Assembly: GCA_963765495.1 (NCBI GenBank)
Contig: CAVXWP010000009.1
Span: 480,001 to 544,000 of the forward strand
Length of the DNA: 64,000 nt
From: Blastocatellia bacterium
Lineage (GTDB): Bacteria; Acidobacteriota; Blastocatellia; UBA7656
Reading direction: 5' to 3'
The position numbers were made by a program, and so were the translations under genes. The notes under the pieces were generated by a model, which made no database searches, was not told the origin of the DNA, and saw only the letters and a program-made list of their open reading frames with translations. Of the stretch, positions 19,425 through 30,861 are shown piece after piece; within the stretch, counting starts at the first letter, position 1; the number at the start of each line of letters is the position of its first letter.

Positions 19425-19919
19425 ATGAACAAGGAACCGATTCCGGCGGCGGCTGTCGCATTTGTCAGAGACACGGAGCGCGGCATAGAAGTCTATCTGA
19501 GTCGCCGCCCGATGCATTTTCGATATTATCCCGGCGCATTCGTCTTTCCCGGCGGACGGCGCGATCTGGAGGACCGCGACCTGAAGGCCACGGCCTGCCG
19601 CGAAGTGAAAGAAGAGATCGGAATGGATATTGATCCCGAAAAGCTCGTGCCTCTAAGAGATATAAACACAAGCGCGCACGCCGGTCCCGTCTATCACATG
19701 CTGACTTTCGCATATCCGGTCGAGATGGAATTTAAAACCTCGATCAACCGCGACGAGATCGAAGAAGAGATATGGGCTACCCCTAAAGAGGCATTGACTC
19801 ACCTTGATCTGCCTTACCAGATTCGGGCCGCCGTCCACACGATTTCGAGCTTTCCGAGCGTAGCCGAGTTGTTAGAGGCTCTATCGTCGGGCAGCATTGA
19901 CGAGGATTACTGGTTTTGA
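19425..19919 (+). CDS. NUDIX hydrolase
   Basis: VFPGGRRD...[11 protein letters not shown] Nudix box. Start ATG 19425. Confidence 0.85.
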   Translation: MNKEPIPAAAVAFVRDTERGIEVYLSRRPMHFRYYPGAFVFPGGRRDLEDRDLKATACREVKEEIGMDIDPEKLVPLRDINTSAHAGPVYHMLTFAYPVEMEFKTSINRDEIEEEIWATPKEALTHLDLPYQIRAAVHTISSFPSVAELLEALSSGSIDEDYWF

Positions 19920-21235
19920 ATTTTGTCTTCACAACAAAGTTTTTCGTGCTGCTGGCTGTCGGGCTTGCTCTGCTCTCCGTCGGCTGGTTGAACCACGACG
20001 CGCTATATATAACGATCCTCTATGATCTGGCATTGATTGGGGTCACGGTCGCGGATTATCTGATTTCGGAAAAGGCGCGCGATTTCCGCGTCGAGCGGGA
20101 TATGGAAGAGCGATTTGCGATGGGCGCTGAAAATCAGGTATCGGTCAAGATCACAAATCGCGCGCGGCGGCGTGTCACTTTTATTATCAAGGATGAGTAC
20201 CCGTCTCAGATGGAGTTGACGGACCCACGCGAGGTGCGTTTGACCGTTCCACCGGGTCGGGCGCGCACGTGGCGCTACAATTTGCTTCCGACCGCGCGAG
20301 GCAGCTACGGTTTCGGCAAGACGGGGCTTCGGTTTCGCACGCGCATGGGGCTCTTGTGGCGGCAATTGAATTACGCTACCTCGCGGGAGGTAAAGGTCTA
20401 TCCCGACATCCGCGAAGCAAAAAAGAACGAGCTTTACGCGCACCGCAATCGCCAGATAAATCCGGGGCTTAGAAGAATGCGTCTGCGCGGGCAGGGGCGC
20501 GAGTTTGAGTCCCTGCGCGATTTCGTCATAGGCGATGAGATACGCCATATCTCCTGGGGGGCGACGGCTCGCCGGGGCAAGCTCATTACCCGGCAGTACA
20601 CCATCGAGCGCAGCCAGAACATAGTAGTGTTGCTCGACACAGGCCGATTGATGACGGCGCGTATAGGAAAGCTTTCAAAACTCGACCACGCCATCAACGC
20701 TACGCTCTCAATCGCCTACGTAGCGGCGACAGGAGGTGACAACATAGGGCTTGTAGCCTTTTCGCGGCGCGTCATCAGCTACCTGCCACCGCATCGCGGG
20801 CGAGATCAGGTCAATCGCTTGATGGAATCGCTTTACAACATCGAGCCTCAGATGATCGAGCCGAGTTATGCCCGCGCATTCAATTTTTTCAGCGCGAACT
20901 GGCACCGCCGCTCGCTGGTCATCATATTGACCGACCTCGTAGACCGAGATGCATCAGCCGAACTGCTCGCGCACACATCCAAGCTCGTACCCCGTCATCT
21001 TCCTCTGATCGTTACAATAGGCGATACGGATTTGCGAGAGATGGTCCGCTCTGCGCCCGCCAAGGCTGCCGATGTCTATCGCCAGAGCGTTGCCGAAGAG
21101 ATATTGCGTCAGCGCGAAGAGGCTCTTTCACGCATACGACGGGCGGGCGGACTTGCGCTCGACGTACCTGCGCACCATCTCTCGCTAGAACTGGTCAACA
21201 AGTATCTGGAAGTGAAAGAACGAGGACTGCTTTGA
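19916..21235 (+). CDS. DUF58 domain protein (VWA-like, MoxR partner)
   Basis: [26 protein letters not shown] and LLDTGRLM. Confidence 0.92.
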   Translation: MNFVFTTKFFVLLAVGLALLSVGWLNHDALYITILYDLALIGVTVADYLISEKARDFRVERDMEERFAMGAENQVSVKITNRARRRVTFIIKDEYPSQMELTDPREVRLTVPPGRARTWRYNLLPTARGSYGFGKTGLRFRTRMGLLWRQLNYATSREVKVYPDIREAKKNELYAHRNRQINPGLRRMRLRGQGREFESLRDFVIGDEIRHISWGATARRGKLITRQYTIERSQNIVVLLDTGRLMTARIGKLSKLDHAINATLSIAYVAATGGDNIGLVAFSRRVISYLPPHRGRDQVNRLMESLYNIEPQMIEPSYARAFNFFSANWHRRSLVIILTDLVDRDASAELLAHTSKLVPRHLPLIVTIGDTDLREMVRSAPAKAADVYRQSVAEEILRQREEALSRIRRAGGLALDVPAHHLSLELVNKYLEVKERGLL

Positions 21236-21364
21236 GGGATGAGGGATGAGGGATGAGGGATGAACCGGACTCTCAGGGATTGTCTTGATAACATGCGAAC
21301 TGCTTTTTACCGAATACTCGCACCACAGTCCGGTTCATCCCTCATCCCTCATCCCTCATCCCTC
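21234..21364. repeat. Hairpin element with (GAGGGAT)4 arms between convergent genes
   Basis: Perfect 38-bp inverted repeat at 21234-21271 and 21327-21364. Confidence 0.92.
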
Positions 21365-22299
21365 CGAAGGTCTGGTTTCAGGAAATAAGCTGTCAAGAAA
21401 ATCGCGCTAACAGCGGAGACAGAAAATTTATATACGGGCGAGATGTGAGCGGGCGAGATAAAGCCTTCTATCAATCCGGCGATCAGCAGCATAGGGATGC
21501 AGCCAAGTATCAGCTTTATCGCAAGGCTTCCGTTTGTGACCAGTGCGTCTATGCGCCGAAGATCGCCCGGCATGAGTAAGGCTTTGCCTATGAGCAGACC
21601 CGCGCCTCCCGCAATAAAGATGGCCGATAACTCGATGACGCCATGACCTGTGACGAAGATGGGAATCTCCCAGAAGCGGTACTTGAAACACAACCCCATA
21701 ATGAGTCCGAAAGACAAACCGTTAGAAGCCAACACCAGAACAGTTACAATCCCTACGAATATACCTCCGGCGAAAGCCAGGAAGGTGACATATATGTTGT
21801 TGGTTTGAATCACCGATGACGCGAGCGGGTTGGCCTTGTTGACCTCTTCGGTCCAGTTCTCGTGCGCGATGATGGCTTGCTTCTGCTGCGGAGCCACGCG
21901 GTCGGCGAAGTTTTCATCAAGGTAGCTTACGCCGAAACCGAACACCGCCGGAGCCAAAAAGATGAGAAACGATACGAGCGTATAGCGAAAGGTTTGCCTG
22001 AAAACGGCGGGCAATTCGTAACGGAAAAAAGAGAGAAACACGCCAAACCCCGAAGATTCGCTGCGATAGATCGCGCCGTGCGCTCGCGCTACGAGGTGGT
22101 TCAGATAGTTGACCAGTCGCTGATCGCGCACCTCTTCGCGGGCGATTGCCAGATCGGCCGCCGTGCGGCGATAGAGGCGGCCAAACTCGCGCACCTCTTC
22201 CCCGTTAAGATTTCTCAAGCGATAGCGGCTTGCGCGAGCCGTCAACTCTTCGAGCCGCTTCCACTTTTCCAGCCTCGATCCGAGAAAATCTTTTAGCAT
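21349..22299 (-). CDS. SpoIIM-like (DUF95) membrane protein
   Basis: W.RLEEL, LYRRTAADLA, TNNI, HGVIELSAI and LIAGLIEGFIS. Confidence 0.88.
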   Translation of the reverse strand: MLKDFLGSRLEKWKRLEELTARASRYRLRNLNGEEVREFGRLYRRTAADLAIAREEVRDQRLVNYLNHLVARAHGAIYRSESSGFGVFLSFFRYELPAVFRQTFRYTLVSFLIFLAPAVFGFGVSYLDENFADRVAPQQKQAIIAHENWTEEVNKANPLASSVIQTNNIYVTFLAFAGGIFVGIVTVLVLASNGLSFGLIMGLCFKYRFWEIPIFVTGHGVIELSAIFIAGGAGLLIGKALLMPGDLRRIDALVTNGSLAIKLILGCIPMLLIAGLIEGFISPAHISPVYKFSVSAVSAIFLTAYFLKPDLRRDEG

Positions 22300-22362
22300 C
22301 CTACCCCCGATGAGCTAGGTTAACACGGACGCGTCGAAACTGCTACAATTTGAAATCTCGAT

Positions 22363-23349
22363 ATGCCTTTTTCATCGCTGGTTGGAAACGAAAGAATAAA
22401 GAAGCTGCTTTGTCGCGCCGTGGCCGAGGGACGCACGACTCAGGGCTTGATTATGGCCGGGCCGCGCGGGGTGGGAAAATATCGCTTCGCTCTGGCGCTC
22501 GCGCAGGCGGTCAACTGCCTCCGTCCTGTCGAAGGTGATGCCTGCGGAAAGTGTCTGTCATGTATAAAGATGGCCGCAGGCGAACTGACAGATGTGCAAA
22601 CTATAAAACGCGACGAAAAAAGACAGGCCATCGTAGTCAAACAGATGCGCGAGATGTCGAGCGAGGTGCAGTTTCGCCCTTATGAGGCTCGTCGCCGCGT
22701 TTATATCATTGACGAAGCGGAGAGGTTAAATGATACTGCGGCCACCTCTATTCTCAAGACGCTCGAAGAACCTCCAGATACTTCGTTGATCATTCTGATC
22801 ACGTCGAAGCCCTACGCGCTGCTTGAAACCATAAGGTCACGCTGTCAGATGTTGAGCTTCGGCCCGCTCACATCATCTGAGCTTGAATCTTATTTGAAGG
22901 CAAATTTCAAACGGCCCGTCGAAGAGATTCGCCTGCTTGCCAGGCTTGCGCGTGGCAGCATCGGCCACGCTCTTGAAATAGACCTGGGCGAGTATCGCAA
23001 GAAACGCGGCTCGATGATGGAGATCATCGAAGCGCTGGCAATATCGCGCGATGCCATAAAACTTATGGATGCGGCAGAGCATCTGGGCCGCAAGCTGGAA
23101 CGCCCCGAGTTTGAAAATCACATCGATGTGCTGATGGTCCTGCTGACCGACCTCTTTCATTTGAAGCTTGGCGAGCCGATAGATTCACTCACCAACGCCG
23201 ATATGGGCTCCAGATTGGAACGGGCGGCGGAGGCGGCTACGCTAGATCAAATAATGGATTGGATCGGGCGAATCGAGGTGGTATTGCAGGGAATGAATCG
23301 CAACGTCAATCGCCAGCTTGCGATGGAGGCCGCCTTGATTGCCGTATAG
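22363..23349 (+). CDS. holB: DNA polymerase III delta' subunit
   Basis: GPRGVGK, Zn motif C...ACGKCLSC, IIDEAERL, LKTLEEPP and TIRSRCQ. Confidence 0.9.
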   Translation: MPFSSLVGNERIKKLLCRAVAEGRTTQGLIMAGPRGVGKYRFALALAQAVNCLRPVEGDACGKCLSCIKMAAGELTDVQTIKRDEKRQAIVVKQMREMSSEVQFRPYEARRRVYIIDEAERLNDTAATSILKTLEEPPDTSLIILITSKPYALLETIRSRCQMLSFGPLTSSELESYLKANFKRPVEEIRLLARLARGSIGHALEIDLGEYRKKRGSMMEIIEALAISRDAIKLMDAAEHLGRKLERPEFENHIDVLMVLLTDLFHLKLGEPIDSLTNADMGSRLERAAEAATLDQIMDWIGRIEVVLQGMNRNVNRQLAMEAALIAV

Positions 23350-23415
23350 ACTGTTTTTCCGCGTGGATGCAGGAGCGCTCCTACAGGCTGCATTCATTTG
23401 AGAACCGATATAACC

Positions 23416-24312
23416 CTATCCATTCAGACTCTCACGTTCTTTCATGAGAATCGCCGTCGGAGGCGCGTGATCGTGACGACTCCATCGCTCAAGCATGCCT
23501 CGTCTTAGAAATTCCGCCTTGGCTCTGAGCGTTATGTCGCTTTGCAGGCGCGGCTCAAACCGATGGTCATAAACATAGGCTTTCACGCGAACTACCATGA
23601 AAGGCCCGTCCTGAAAACGATCCTGCAACAGCACTACCACAGGCTTGGACAAAAGGATGTAAGGCGAGCTATAAGCCGCTTCATAGCCTATTTCCATCAC
23701 CTCATCGGGAGGCGTATCGTGCGGCAAAAACAGGTCGGTCACGACCTGACAATCGGGCACTCCGGAATTCGCGTTCCACGCCTTGCCGCTCAGTATGTCG
23801 CTGTTCGGGATCGTCACGCGAGTGTCGTCAGGCGTAGTCAGCTTGGTGCTTCGCAAACCGATGTGATCAATCTCGCCGTAAGCATCCCCGATCTTTACCC
23901 GGTCGCCAAGCTGATAGGGGCGGTCCACGAGGATGACAAGCCCGCCTATCAGATTCTTGATCAGGTCTTGCGCGCCCAGACCGAGTGCGATGCCTACGGA
24001 GGCCAGCACCGCGAGCAACGTATCGCGCGAAGGCGAGAATATCGAGAGGACTATCACGGTCCCGATTATCCACAGCAGAAATCTGAACGCGGGCATGAGA
24101 AGTTTGAAGAAGAACCGGGCGCGTGGAGCGCGTCGGCTCAGAGCCCCGAGCGTAGCATCGGTGAACCGCACAAGCAGGTATATGGCTGCCATCACAAGAA
24201 TGGAGTAAAAAATTCTTGCGGTTGAAAACCTCTCAAGTATCTGAATGGGCGATTCGATGTCGGGTTGAAAGGCGGGTAAGATTAAGAGAAATTTGATAGC
24301 TGTCATATTCAT
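23416..24312 (-). CDS. MscS family mechanosensitive channel
   Basis: [18 protein letters not shown]...[16 protein letters not shown] and VTIPNS. Confidence 0.92.
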   Translation of the reverse strand: MNMTAIKFLLILPAFQPDIESPIQILERFSTARIFYSILVMAAIYLLVRFTDATLGALSRRAPRARFFFKLLMPAFRFLLWIIGTVIVLSIFSPSRDTLLAVLASVGIALGLGAQDLIKNLIGGLVILVDRPYQLGDRVKIGDAYGEIDHIGLRSTKLTTPDDTRVTIPNSDILSGKAWNANSGVPDCQVVTDLFLPHDTPPDEVMEIGYEAAYSSPYILLSKPVVVLLQDRFQDGPFMVVRVKAYVYDHRFEPRLQSDITLRAKAEFLRRGMLERWSRHDHAPPTAILMKERESLNG

Positions 24313-24393
24313 CCTCGTGCGCCCGACAACAAGAGCCTAGCTCCCTGTTCTGCCGGTCAGCGCAAAACAACGGCGGAGTTCGTTCCCAACCAT

Positions 24394-27204
24394 TCACATC
24401 AAATTGCGACGATAGAGCGCCTCTTTGACGACCCGCATAGCCTCGGGGCGCACTCGAAAGCCGGGCCGTCCGGGATCATTTTCTATGATCTCGCGCGCCA
24501 GCAACTCATCGATCTGAGCACGGCTGGCGGCAACGCTCTTCTGAAATACGGTCGCGTGCTCTTCGGGCGTGAGACTGCCGTGTTGGAGTATCGCTACAAG
24601 AGCGAACAGATCCGACAGATCGAGTGCGGCTATAACGGACGCGAGGTCCGAGGCAATGAGCGGTTTCATGTAGAGCACGCCCGCCTCTACAGTTTCAATA
24701 TGGCTCAACCAGATGTTGAAGGCCGTTCGAAAGACGCCGGCCGACTCTTTCTCAAGGGTGTCGAAAAAGATCGCCTCCGAATCGGCCTGGCCACGAAGCC
24801 TCCCGTTGAGCCTGTTGAGCAGGTTGCGCGCCTCGGGCGGCGAGGAAAAATGCAGTCGCAAACCCGAAAGGTTATGACGCAGCAGGATTGCCTCGCGCAA
24901 AGCATCACGGCTGACCGTGGCAGCATTTATTCGATGTGAAAAACTGCCGCCTAAAGCAACCGCCGCGTTCAAAAATCTGAAAGCCACCTGATTGACGGCC
25001 AGAACCCAGAGCGTGGATGAACAGCTAGCCGTGATCAATCTCTGGAGTGATCGAATTGCCATGTAATGACCTACCTGACGCAGAAAAGTACGTTCAAGTT
25101 CTTCGAGTATTATCACGCGACGACGTTCTGAGAGAAAACCTTCCAGCCGCGCCGGGTCATCAAGGTTCATCAGATTGGCCAGAAAAACGCGCAGTTCCGA
25201 TTCGCCCGGGAGCCGATCATGAAACTCTCCCCGGATTACCTCCATGCCTTCCAGAGACCGCTTCAGCGCGCAATTTATAAGGCTGGTCTTTCCGCTCCCG
25301 CGCTCTCCCACGATGATGATACCGGCCGGGCGACCCGCTTCCCAAAATGAGCGCGCCTGCGCGATGGCATCCATTTCCTGCTCGCGTCCGATGAGAAATC
25401 GCGGGTCTTCGAGCGCCTCGAATCTGAACAGCCGGCGGTATATCGCGGGCAATTCTTTGGAAGCGAGATCGGCGGAAAATTCCTGCGGCAGAAACGGCCT
25501 GATTATTATCTCTACTTTGCCCGCGCGCGGAGCCGACCTCCAGCCAATGTAGACGAGGAAGTGAAGCATCATCTTTTCGACAGCGCCGGGCAGGTTTTCG
25601 AATAGCCTCGTCAACACGGAACGAGCGCGGCGGCTGACCAGCACGGAGGCCCTCCCCATTCCCTGTTGAGCAAGATGGGTGAAGACGCCCAATTTGTGAC
25701 GACCGAGGACGAGTCGATTTTCAAGAAAGACCGAGGCCAGCGCCCGGGTCATCCTCCGGTCTGCGACAGGCTGCCAGTCGCGCATTTCGCCCGTTTCAAA
25801 TTCCAGAAGCGACAGAGCGTTTTCAAGCGATTCCTGAACGACTCGCGGATCGAAATCCTCTTCGATTCCTGCGGCCTCCTGTCCAAACGCGACCACTTCG
25901 CGCGCCCGCTCTATCTGTTCGACTATCCTCCGATGCTCGGATTCGACTTTCTTGAGCGCATTTGTTATCTCCCTCTGTCCATCTCTCAGGTATGCATCGT
26001 GGAAGGTCACCTTCGGGTCAAGCATCCGCATCCCGGCGCGACGGCGAGGAAAAGAGGTGAGCCTCGCCGGTATCTCGTAGGATTGATGAAAAATTTCGAG
26101 TTGCTTCCTGAGCCGGGCTTCCATATCAGACATCCTGCTCGGCAGGGGGACGACATCTGTCCTCGGTGCCGGAGAACCTTCCTCTGCGTTGCCTTTGATG
26201 CGCCCGCGCAGCCAGGTGATCGCCTCATCGAGTTCTGAGAGCAAACTGCTGCGTTCCAGACTCAGGCTCTCAAGCCCGCGCCTGAATATCTCAAGGGTCT
26301 GGTTCTCGGCGCGTTCAAGCGATATTTCCAGCCGGAGTTCAGTCTCTATGGCTCTCAGTTGCTCGGCGCGGTGAGTGACGAAGGCGGCGCGTTTGCGTGC
26401 CGGGTCGGGAGTTGTTCTTCTACGACTCCATATCACGTCGGAGAGCAATCGTGTTGCCAGGCGCTCGATAATGCTTTCCTGCCATTTTCTCCATCCGGCC
26501 AGGGCGCTTGCGGTCTGCCTCTTCAACGATTGAATTAATGTTTTTGCCGCCTCCCTTCGCGCCTCTATATCCTGCTCCGACAGGGTGTAACCGTTGACGG
26601 ATGAATCCAGAATCTCGCGCTCCATCTCCCAGGGTGTCTTCAACTGGTGGATGGCCTGCGCGAGAGCCAGAAAATACTGCGCTTCCAAGTCCAATCGCAA
26701 TCGAGCGAGCCGCCGTAACTCGTCGGCTATGACGGACTGAAGCGCGAGGGCGCGACCCTTACGCCGAAAGCGCGCAACCCGTAGCCTAACCCCGCCTTCT
26801 ACATGTCCGCCCAGAAGTTCAAGCGCCTGAATCCCATCCGTCTCGACGGTCTCCGGCAGAGAATTGATCAGATCATCCAGGCTCCGATCATAGGTCTCTA
26901 TGGCTCTTAACGCCCCTTTGTAAGGCCGGGTGCGGTCCCATTGCCTGACAGGTTCGATGAGAAGAGTTGAAGCGAGTTGCTGGCGCGCACGCTGAAACTG
27001 GTCGAGTTCTTCCGGGCTCGTTTTTTCTGCCGCGAGTCTGTTTACCTGATCGAGATGGCCGTCAAGAATGGTCTCAAGATCGCGCCAGGAGGCCTCCAGT
27101 TCGGCAAACAAACGGTCGTTGGATAAGCCCAACCGCTCAAGAACCCTGGCCCAGTTGTTTGCAAACTCGGAGTCTATCCCTAAAATTGGAGCGTGTTTAA
27201 TCAT
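24394..27204 (-). CDS. Large protein with helical N-terminus and C-terminal P-loop ATPase domain
   Basis: FLIGREQE, Walker A GERGSGKTS and Walker B-like IILEELE. Start uncertain (27204 or 27219). Confidence 0.75.
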   Translation of the reverse strand: MIKHAPILGIDSEFANNWARVLERLGLSNDRLFAELEASWRDLETILDGHLDQVNRLAAEKTSPEELDQFQRARQQLASTLLIEPVRQWDRTRPYKGALRAIETYDRSLDDLINSLPETVETDGIQALELLGGHVEGGVRLRVARFRRKGRALALQSVIADELRRLARLRLDLEAQYFLALAQAIHQLKTPWEMEREILDSSVNGYTLSEQDIEARREAAKTLIQSLKRQTASALAGWRKWQESIIERLATRLLSDVIWSRRRTTPDPARKRAAFVTHRAEQLRAIETELRLEISLERAENQTLEIFRRGLESLSLERSSLLSELDEAITWLRGRIKGNAEEGSPAPRTDVVPLPSRMSDMEARLRKQLEIFHQSYEIPARLTSFPRRRAGMRMLDPKVTFHDAYLRDGQREITNALKKVESEHRRIVEQIERAREVVAFGQEAAGIEEDFDPRVVQESLENALSLLEFETGEMRDWQPVADRRMTRALASVFLENRLVLGRHKLGVFTHLAQQGMGRASVLVSRRARSVLTRLFENLPGAVEKMMLHFLVYIGWRSAPRAGKVEIIIRPFLPQEFSADLASKELPAIYRRLFRFEALEDPRFLIGREQEMDAIAQARSFWEAGRPAGIIIVGERGSGKTSLINCALKRSLEGMEVIRGEFHDRLPGESELRVFLANLMNLDDPARLEGFLSERRRVIILEELERTFLRQVGHYMAIRSLQRLITASCSSTLWVLAVNQVAFRFLNAAVALGGSFSHRINAATVSRDALREAILLRHNLSGLRLHFSSPPEARNLLNRLNGRLRGQADSEAIFFDTLEKESAGVFRTAFNIWLSHIETVEAGVLYMKPLIASDLASVIAALDLSDLFALVAILQHGSLTPEEHATVFQKSVAASRAQIDELLAREIIENDPGRPGFRVRPEAMRVVKEALYRRNLM

Positions 27205-27244
27205 ACTGGAAAGGCACAATGCCGCTTACGTTTATTAATCTTTA

Positions 27245-27628
27245 TTACATCACGCGGTCTGTTTGAGTTGCCGATTTATCGGATGTGTAAACCTGAGGAG
27301 GCTGCTGTTTTAATTTCCCTTCGATCAGCATCCTGCCCCAATCGCACATGGCATGTATGACGGGCTTCAGGCTTTCGCCTAAAGGTGTCAGCGAATACTC
27401 AACCCTCGGCGGCACCTCCGGGTAGACCTCGCGATGAACGAGGCCGTCTTTTTCCATCTCGCGCAACTGCTGGGTGAGCATCTTCTGTGTGATATCCTTC
27501 ATTGCGCGCTGCAACTCGGAGAAGCGTTTTATGTCGTCGGACAGGTGGTAAAGGATCAGTATTTTCCAGCGTCCTCCGATAAGATTCAGAGTCGCTTCGG
27601 CAGGACATCTCGATTCTCTGCGTTTCAT
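27245..27628 (-). CDS. HxlR-family winged-helix regulator
   Basis: [34 protein letters not shown] and [23 protein letters not shown]. Confidence 0.93.
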   Translation of the reverse strand: MKRRESRCPAEATLNLIGGRWKILILYHLSDDIKRFSELQRAMKDITQKMLTQQLREMEKDGLVHREVYPEVPPRVEYSLTPLGESLKPVIHAMCDWGRMLIEGKLKQQPPQVYTSDKSATQTDRVM

Positions 27629-27662
27629 ATAAATCCTCCTCAGTATCCTGGAGGATACTATA

Positions 27663-27676
27663 GCACTCAAAAGTGC
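27663..27676. promoter_or_regulatory. Palindrome in the divergent promoter, possible HxlR operator
   Basis: GCACT-CAAA-AGTGC between the regulator and the oxidoreductase operon. Confidence 0.4.
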
Positions 27677-27763
27677 CTTCTTCCCACAGACTAAGCGCCG
27701 TGTTATACCAGATAACTGTGATGGAAAAAATATCAGTCTCGGACGCAAAGAAAGGATTATGAA

Positions 27764-28624
27764 ATGGCAGGTAAAATTTTAGTCACAGGCGCGACGGGCA
27801 AAGTCGGCAGCCAGGTAACAGAACAACTAGCCGCAAACAAGGCGCAGGTCCGCGCAACGGTTCGGCCCACAAGCAATCTTGATTCGCTCAGGCGAGTCGG
27901 GGCCGAGTCTATAGTCGTCGATCTGGCAAAGGCGGAGACGCTCGGCCCGGCTTTTGAGGGTGTAGAAAAGATATTTCTCGCCACGCCGGTCGTTCCAAAC
28001 GATGTAGAAATCACCGAAGGTTTGATAGCAGAAGCAAAGCGGGCGGGCGTCAAGCACGTAGTTCGGCTGTCGGTGACGGGTGTTGATGCGGAGCCGGGGA
28101 TGATTTTTACTCGAAAGCACCGTGAAATCGAAAAGATCATAAAAGAATCCGGCATCCCCTTCACTTTCGTGCGCCCAACTTTTTTCATGCAGAATTTTCT
28201 GGAGCTTCCCACGATCAAGAGCCAGGGTGCATTTTTTCAGCCGACGGGAGACGGCAAAGCGAGTTATGTCGATACGCGCGACATCGCAGCCGTGGCCACA
28301 GCCGCGCTCACCGAAGACGGGCACGAAGGCAAGTCTTATGAAGTTACCGGCCCCGAAGCGCTCTCGGCGTACGATGTGGCGGAGATTCTCTCATCGGTCA
28401 CGGGCAGGAAAATCACTTTCGTTGATGCTTCCGAAGAAGATACCCGCGCAGGTCTGAAAGCCGGAGGCGTGCCCGACTGGCTGGTCGAGGCATTGCTGGA
28501 ATTGAACCGATGGCAACGAGATGGTTTTGCAGAGGCCGTGTTGCCCGGAGTTGAGCAGGCGACCGGAAGAATGCCGATCTCGTTTGAGCAGTTTGTCAGA
28601 GACCATATCGAAGCTTTCAAATGA
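27764..28624 (+). CDS. NmrA-like atypical SDR oxidoreductase
   Basis: [20 protein letters not shown] and VDTRDIA. Confidence 0.88.
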   Translation: MAGKILVTGATGKVGSQVTEQLAANKAQVRATVRPTSNLDSLRRVGAESIVVDLAKAETLGPAFEGVEKIFLATPVVPNDVEITEGLIAEAKRAGVKHVVRLSVTGVDAEPGMIFTRKHREIEKIIKESGIPFTFVRPTFFMQNFLELPTIKSQGAFFQPTGDGKASYVDTRDIAAVATAALTEDGHEGKSYEVTGPEALSAYDVAEILSSVTGRKITFVDASEEDTRAGLKAGGVPDWLVEALLELNRWQRDGFAEAVLPGVEQATGRMPISFEQFVRDHIEAFK

Positions 28625-28695
28625 AACTCGCCACACTCAGGCATAAAGCTGTAAGCTTGTCTTGAAGACTATTTTTTCTGAATGGAGAACAGGCG

Positions 28696-29706
28696 ATGAA
28701 AGCTATTGAAATTCGGGGCGGGTTCGGGCTGGAGAACCTGACGATCACCGAACGGCCTGAACCTGAGCCCGGCCCCGGGCAGGTGCTCATCAAGGTGCAG
28801 GCGACCTCGCTGAATTATCGAGACCTGATGACAGTCGAGGGCACATACAACCCAAAGCAGAAGCTCCCGCTCATCCCGCTTTCGGATGGAGCCGGCGAAG
28901 TAGTGGCCGTCGGAGAAGGCGTCACGCGAGTCAAAACGGGCGACCGGGTGGCAGGCATCTTCTCGCAGAAATGGCTTTCGGGCGAGCCTGCGCGCGATAA
29001 GCTGAGGTCTTCGCTTGGCGGCCCTTACGACGGCATGCTGGTCGAGTACAAAGTGCTGAACGAAGCGGGTGTTGTCCACATACCCGATCACCTGAGCTAT
29101 GAAGAAGCGGCCACTCTCCCCTGCGCAGGCGTGACGGCCTGGAACGCTATCATCACTCAAGGCGGAGTGAAGGCGGGCAGCACCGTACTCGTGCAGGGCA
29201 CGGGAGGCGTTTCGCTATTTGCTCTCCAATTTGCCTCGATGGTCGGGGCCAGGGTCATCGTTACTTCGAGCAGCGATGAAAAGCTTGAGCGCGCGCTAAG
29301 GCTTGGCGCAACCGACGGCATCAACTACAAAACCACGCCGGATTGGGATAAGCGGGCGCGGGAACTGACCGGCGGCACTGGCGTTGACCACATCGTTGAA
29401 GTAGGCGGCGCGGGGACGCTTGCCAGATCGCTGAACGCGGTTCGCATCGGAGGCCACATAAGCATGATCGGAGTGCTTGCGGGCACTACAACAGACCTGA
29501 GCGTAATACCCATCCTGATGTACAACATCCGTATTCAAGGCATTATGGTCGGTAACCGTGACATGTTTGAGGATATGAACCGCGCAATCGCGCTTCACCA
29601 GATGAAGCCTGTAGTCGATAAGGTCTTCCCGTTTGAGCAAACGCGCGAAGCCCTCGAATACATGGCCAGCGGCGCTCACTTCGGCAAAATCTGCATACGG
29701 CTTTGA
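28696..29706 (+). CDS. MDR-family NAD(P)-dependent alcohol dehydrogenase-like protein
   Basis: SLNYRD, PLSDGAGEV, LPCAGVTAW, QGTGGVS and GAHFGKI. Confidence 0.9.
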   Translation: MKAIEIRGGFGLENLTITERPEPEPGPGQVLIKVQATSLNYRDLMTVEGTYNPKQKLPLIPLSDGAGEVVAVGEGVTRVKTGDRVAGIFSQKWLSGEPARDKLRSSLGGPYDGMLVEYKVLNEAGVVHIPDHLSYEEAATLPCAGVTAWNAIITQGGVKAGSTVLVQGTGGVSLFALQFASMVGARVIVTSSSDEKLERALRLGATDGINYKTTPDWDKRARELTGGTGVDHIVEVGGAGTLARSLNAVRIGGHISMIGVLAGTTTDLSVIPILMYNIRIQGIMVGNRDMFEDMNRAIALHQMKPVVDKVFPFEQTREALEYMASGAHFGKICIRL

Positions 29707-29767
29707 CCAGGTTTGAGCTACACTATGTCGCCTCCCGTCCGGCGAGAGGCTACACAGGAGAAATGAC

Positions 29768-30736
29768 ATGAGAGCGATTCGAGTTCACGAGTTCGGCGAT
29801 GCGGACGTATTGCGATTGGAGGAGGTTCCTGACCCGCAGCCGGGCGAAAACCAGGTGGTATTGCGAGTCCACGCAATCGGAGTAAATCCGGTTGACACAT
29901 ATATTCGCGCAGGAAGACACGTCGTAAAACCTGCGCTGCCCTACACTCCCGGCATGGACGCGGCGGGCGTGGTCGAATCAATCGGCGAAGGCGTTACGCG
30001 CGTGAAGGTCGGCGACCGGGTCTATGTCGGAGGTACGATCAGCGGCGCTTATGCCGAAAAGGCATTGTGCAAAGGGTCGCAGGTACATCCGCTGCCGGAG
30101 CGGGTCTCTCTTACCGAAGGCGCAGGAATCAATGTGCCTTATGCAACGGCTTATCGCGCGCTCTTTTGTCGCGGGGAAGCCCGGCCCGGCGAGACCGTTC
30201 TGGTGCACGGAGCGAGCGGAGGCGTGGGCACAGCGTCGGTGCAACTGGCGCGAGCCCGGGGGATGAGGGTCATCGGAACCGGCGGCACAGATGAAGGGCG
30301 AAAGCTTGTGGCGGAACAGGGAGCCGATCACGTGCTCGATCATCACGCGCCTGATTTTACGGATCAGATCGTGGGGTTGACCGGCGGGCGCGGAGTAGAT
30401 TTGATCCTGGAGATGCTCGCCAACGTCAACCTCAACAAAGACCTGACGATGATCGTTCCAAAGGGGCGCGTGGTTGTGATAGGCAGTCGCGGCTCGATAG
30501 AAATAGACCCGCGATTTATGATGACCCGTGATAGCAGTATTCTTGGCATGTCGCTTATGAACGCCTCCGAGAGCGAGCTTGCGAGCATTCACGCGGCGCT
30601 CTTCGCCGGTCTGGAAAACGGCTCTTTGCGACCGATAGTCGGCAAAGAATTTCCTTTTGAAGAAGCACAGCAGGCGCATAAGGCCGTACTGGAGCCCGGC
30701 GCTTACGGCAAGATAGTTCTAAGAATTGATGCGTGA
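29768..30736 (+). CDS. NADPH:quinone reductase (zeta-crystallin-like)
   Basis: GVNPVDTYIRAG, PYTPGMDAAG and LVHGASGGVG. Confidence 0.9.
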   Translation: MRAIRVHEFGDADVLRLEEVPDPQPGENQVVLRVHAIGVNPVDTYIRAGRHVVKPALPYTPGMDAAGVVESIGEGVTRVKVGDRVYVGGTISGAYAEKALCKGSQVHPLPERVSLTEGAGINVPYATAYRALFCRGEARPGETVLVHGASGGVGTASVQLARARGMRVIGTGGTDEGRKLVAEQGADHVLDHHAPDFTDQIVGLTGGRGVDLILEMLANVNLNKDLTMIVPKGRVVVIGSRGSIEIDPRFMMTRDSSILGMSLMNASESELASIHAALFAGLENGSLRPIVGKEFPFEEAQQAHKAVLEPGAYGKIVLRIDA

Positions 30737-30837
30737 TGGCGTGAAGCGTGATGCGTGATTATCAGCTTGATGGCTGTCTATAGGTTCATTACTTATTTCA
30801 CGAATCACGCTTCACGCTTCACGTTTCACGCTTCACG
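30728..30837. repeat. Hairpin element with (GTGA[T/A]GC)n/(GCTTCAC)n arms
   Basis: gatgcgtgatggcgtgaagcgtgatgcgtga...tcacgaatcacgcttcacgcttcacgtttcacgcttcacg. Confidence 0.85.
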
Positions 30838-30861
30838 TGCTGTATTGAGGTGAGAGCGTAG

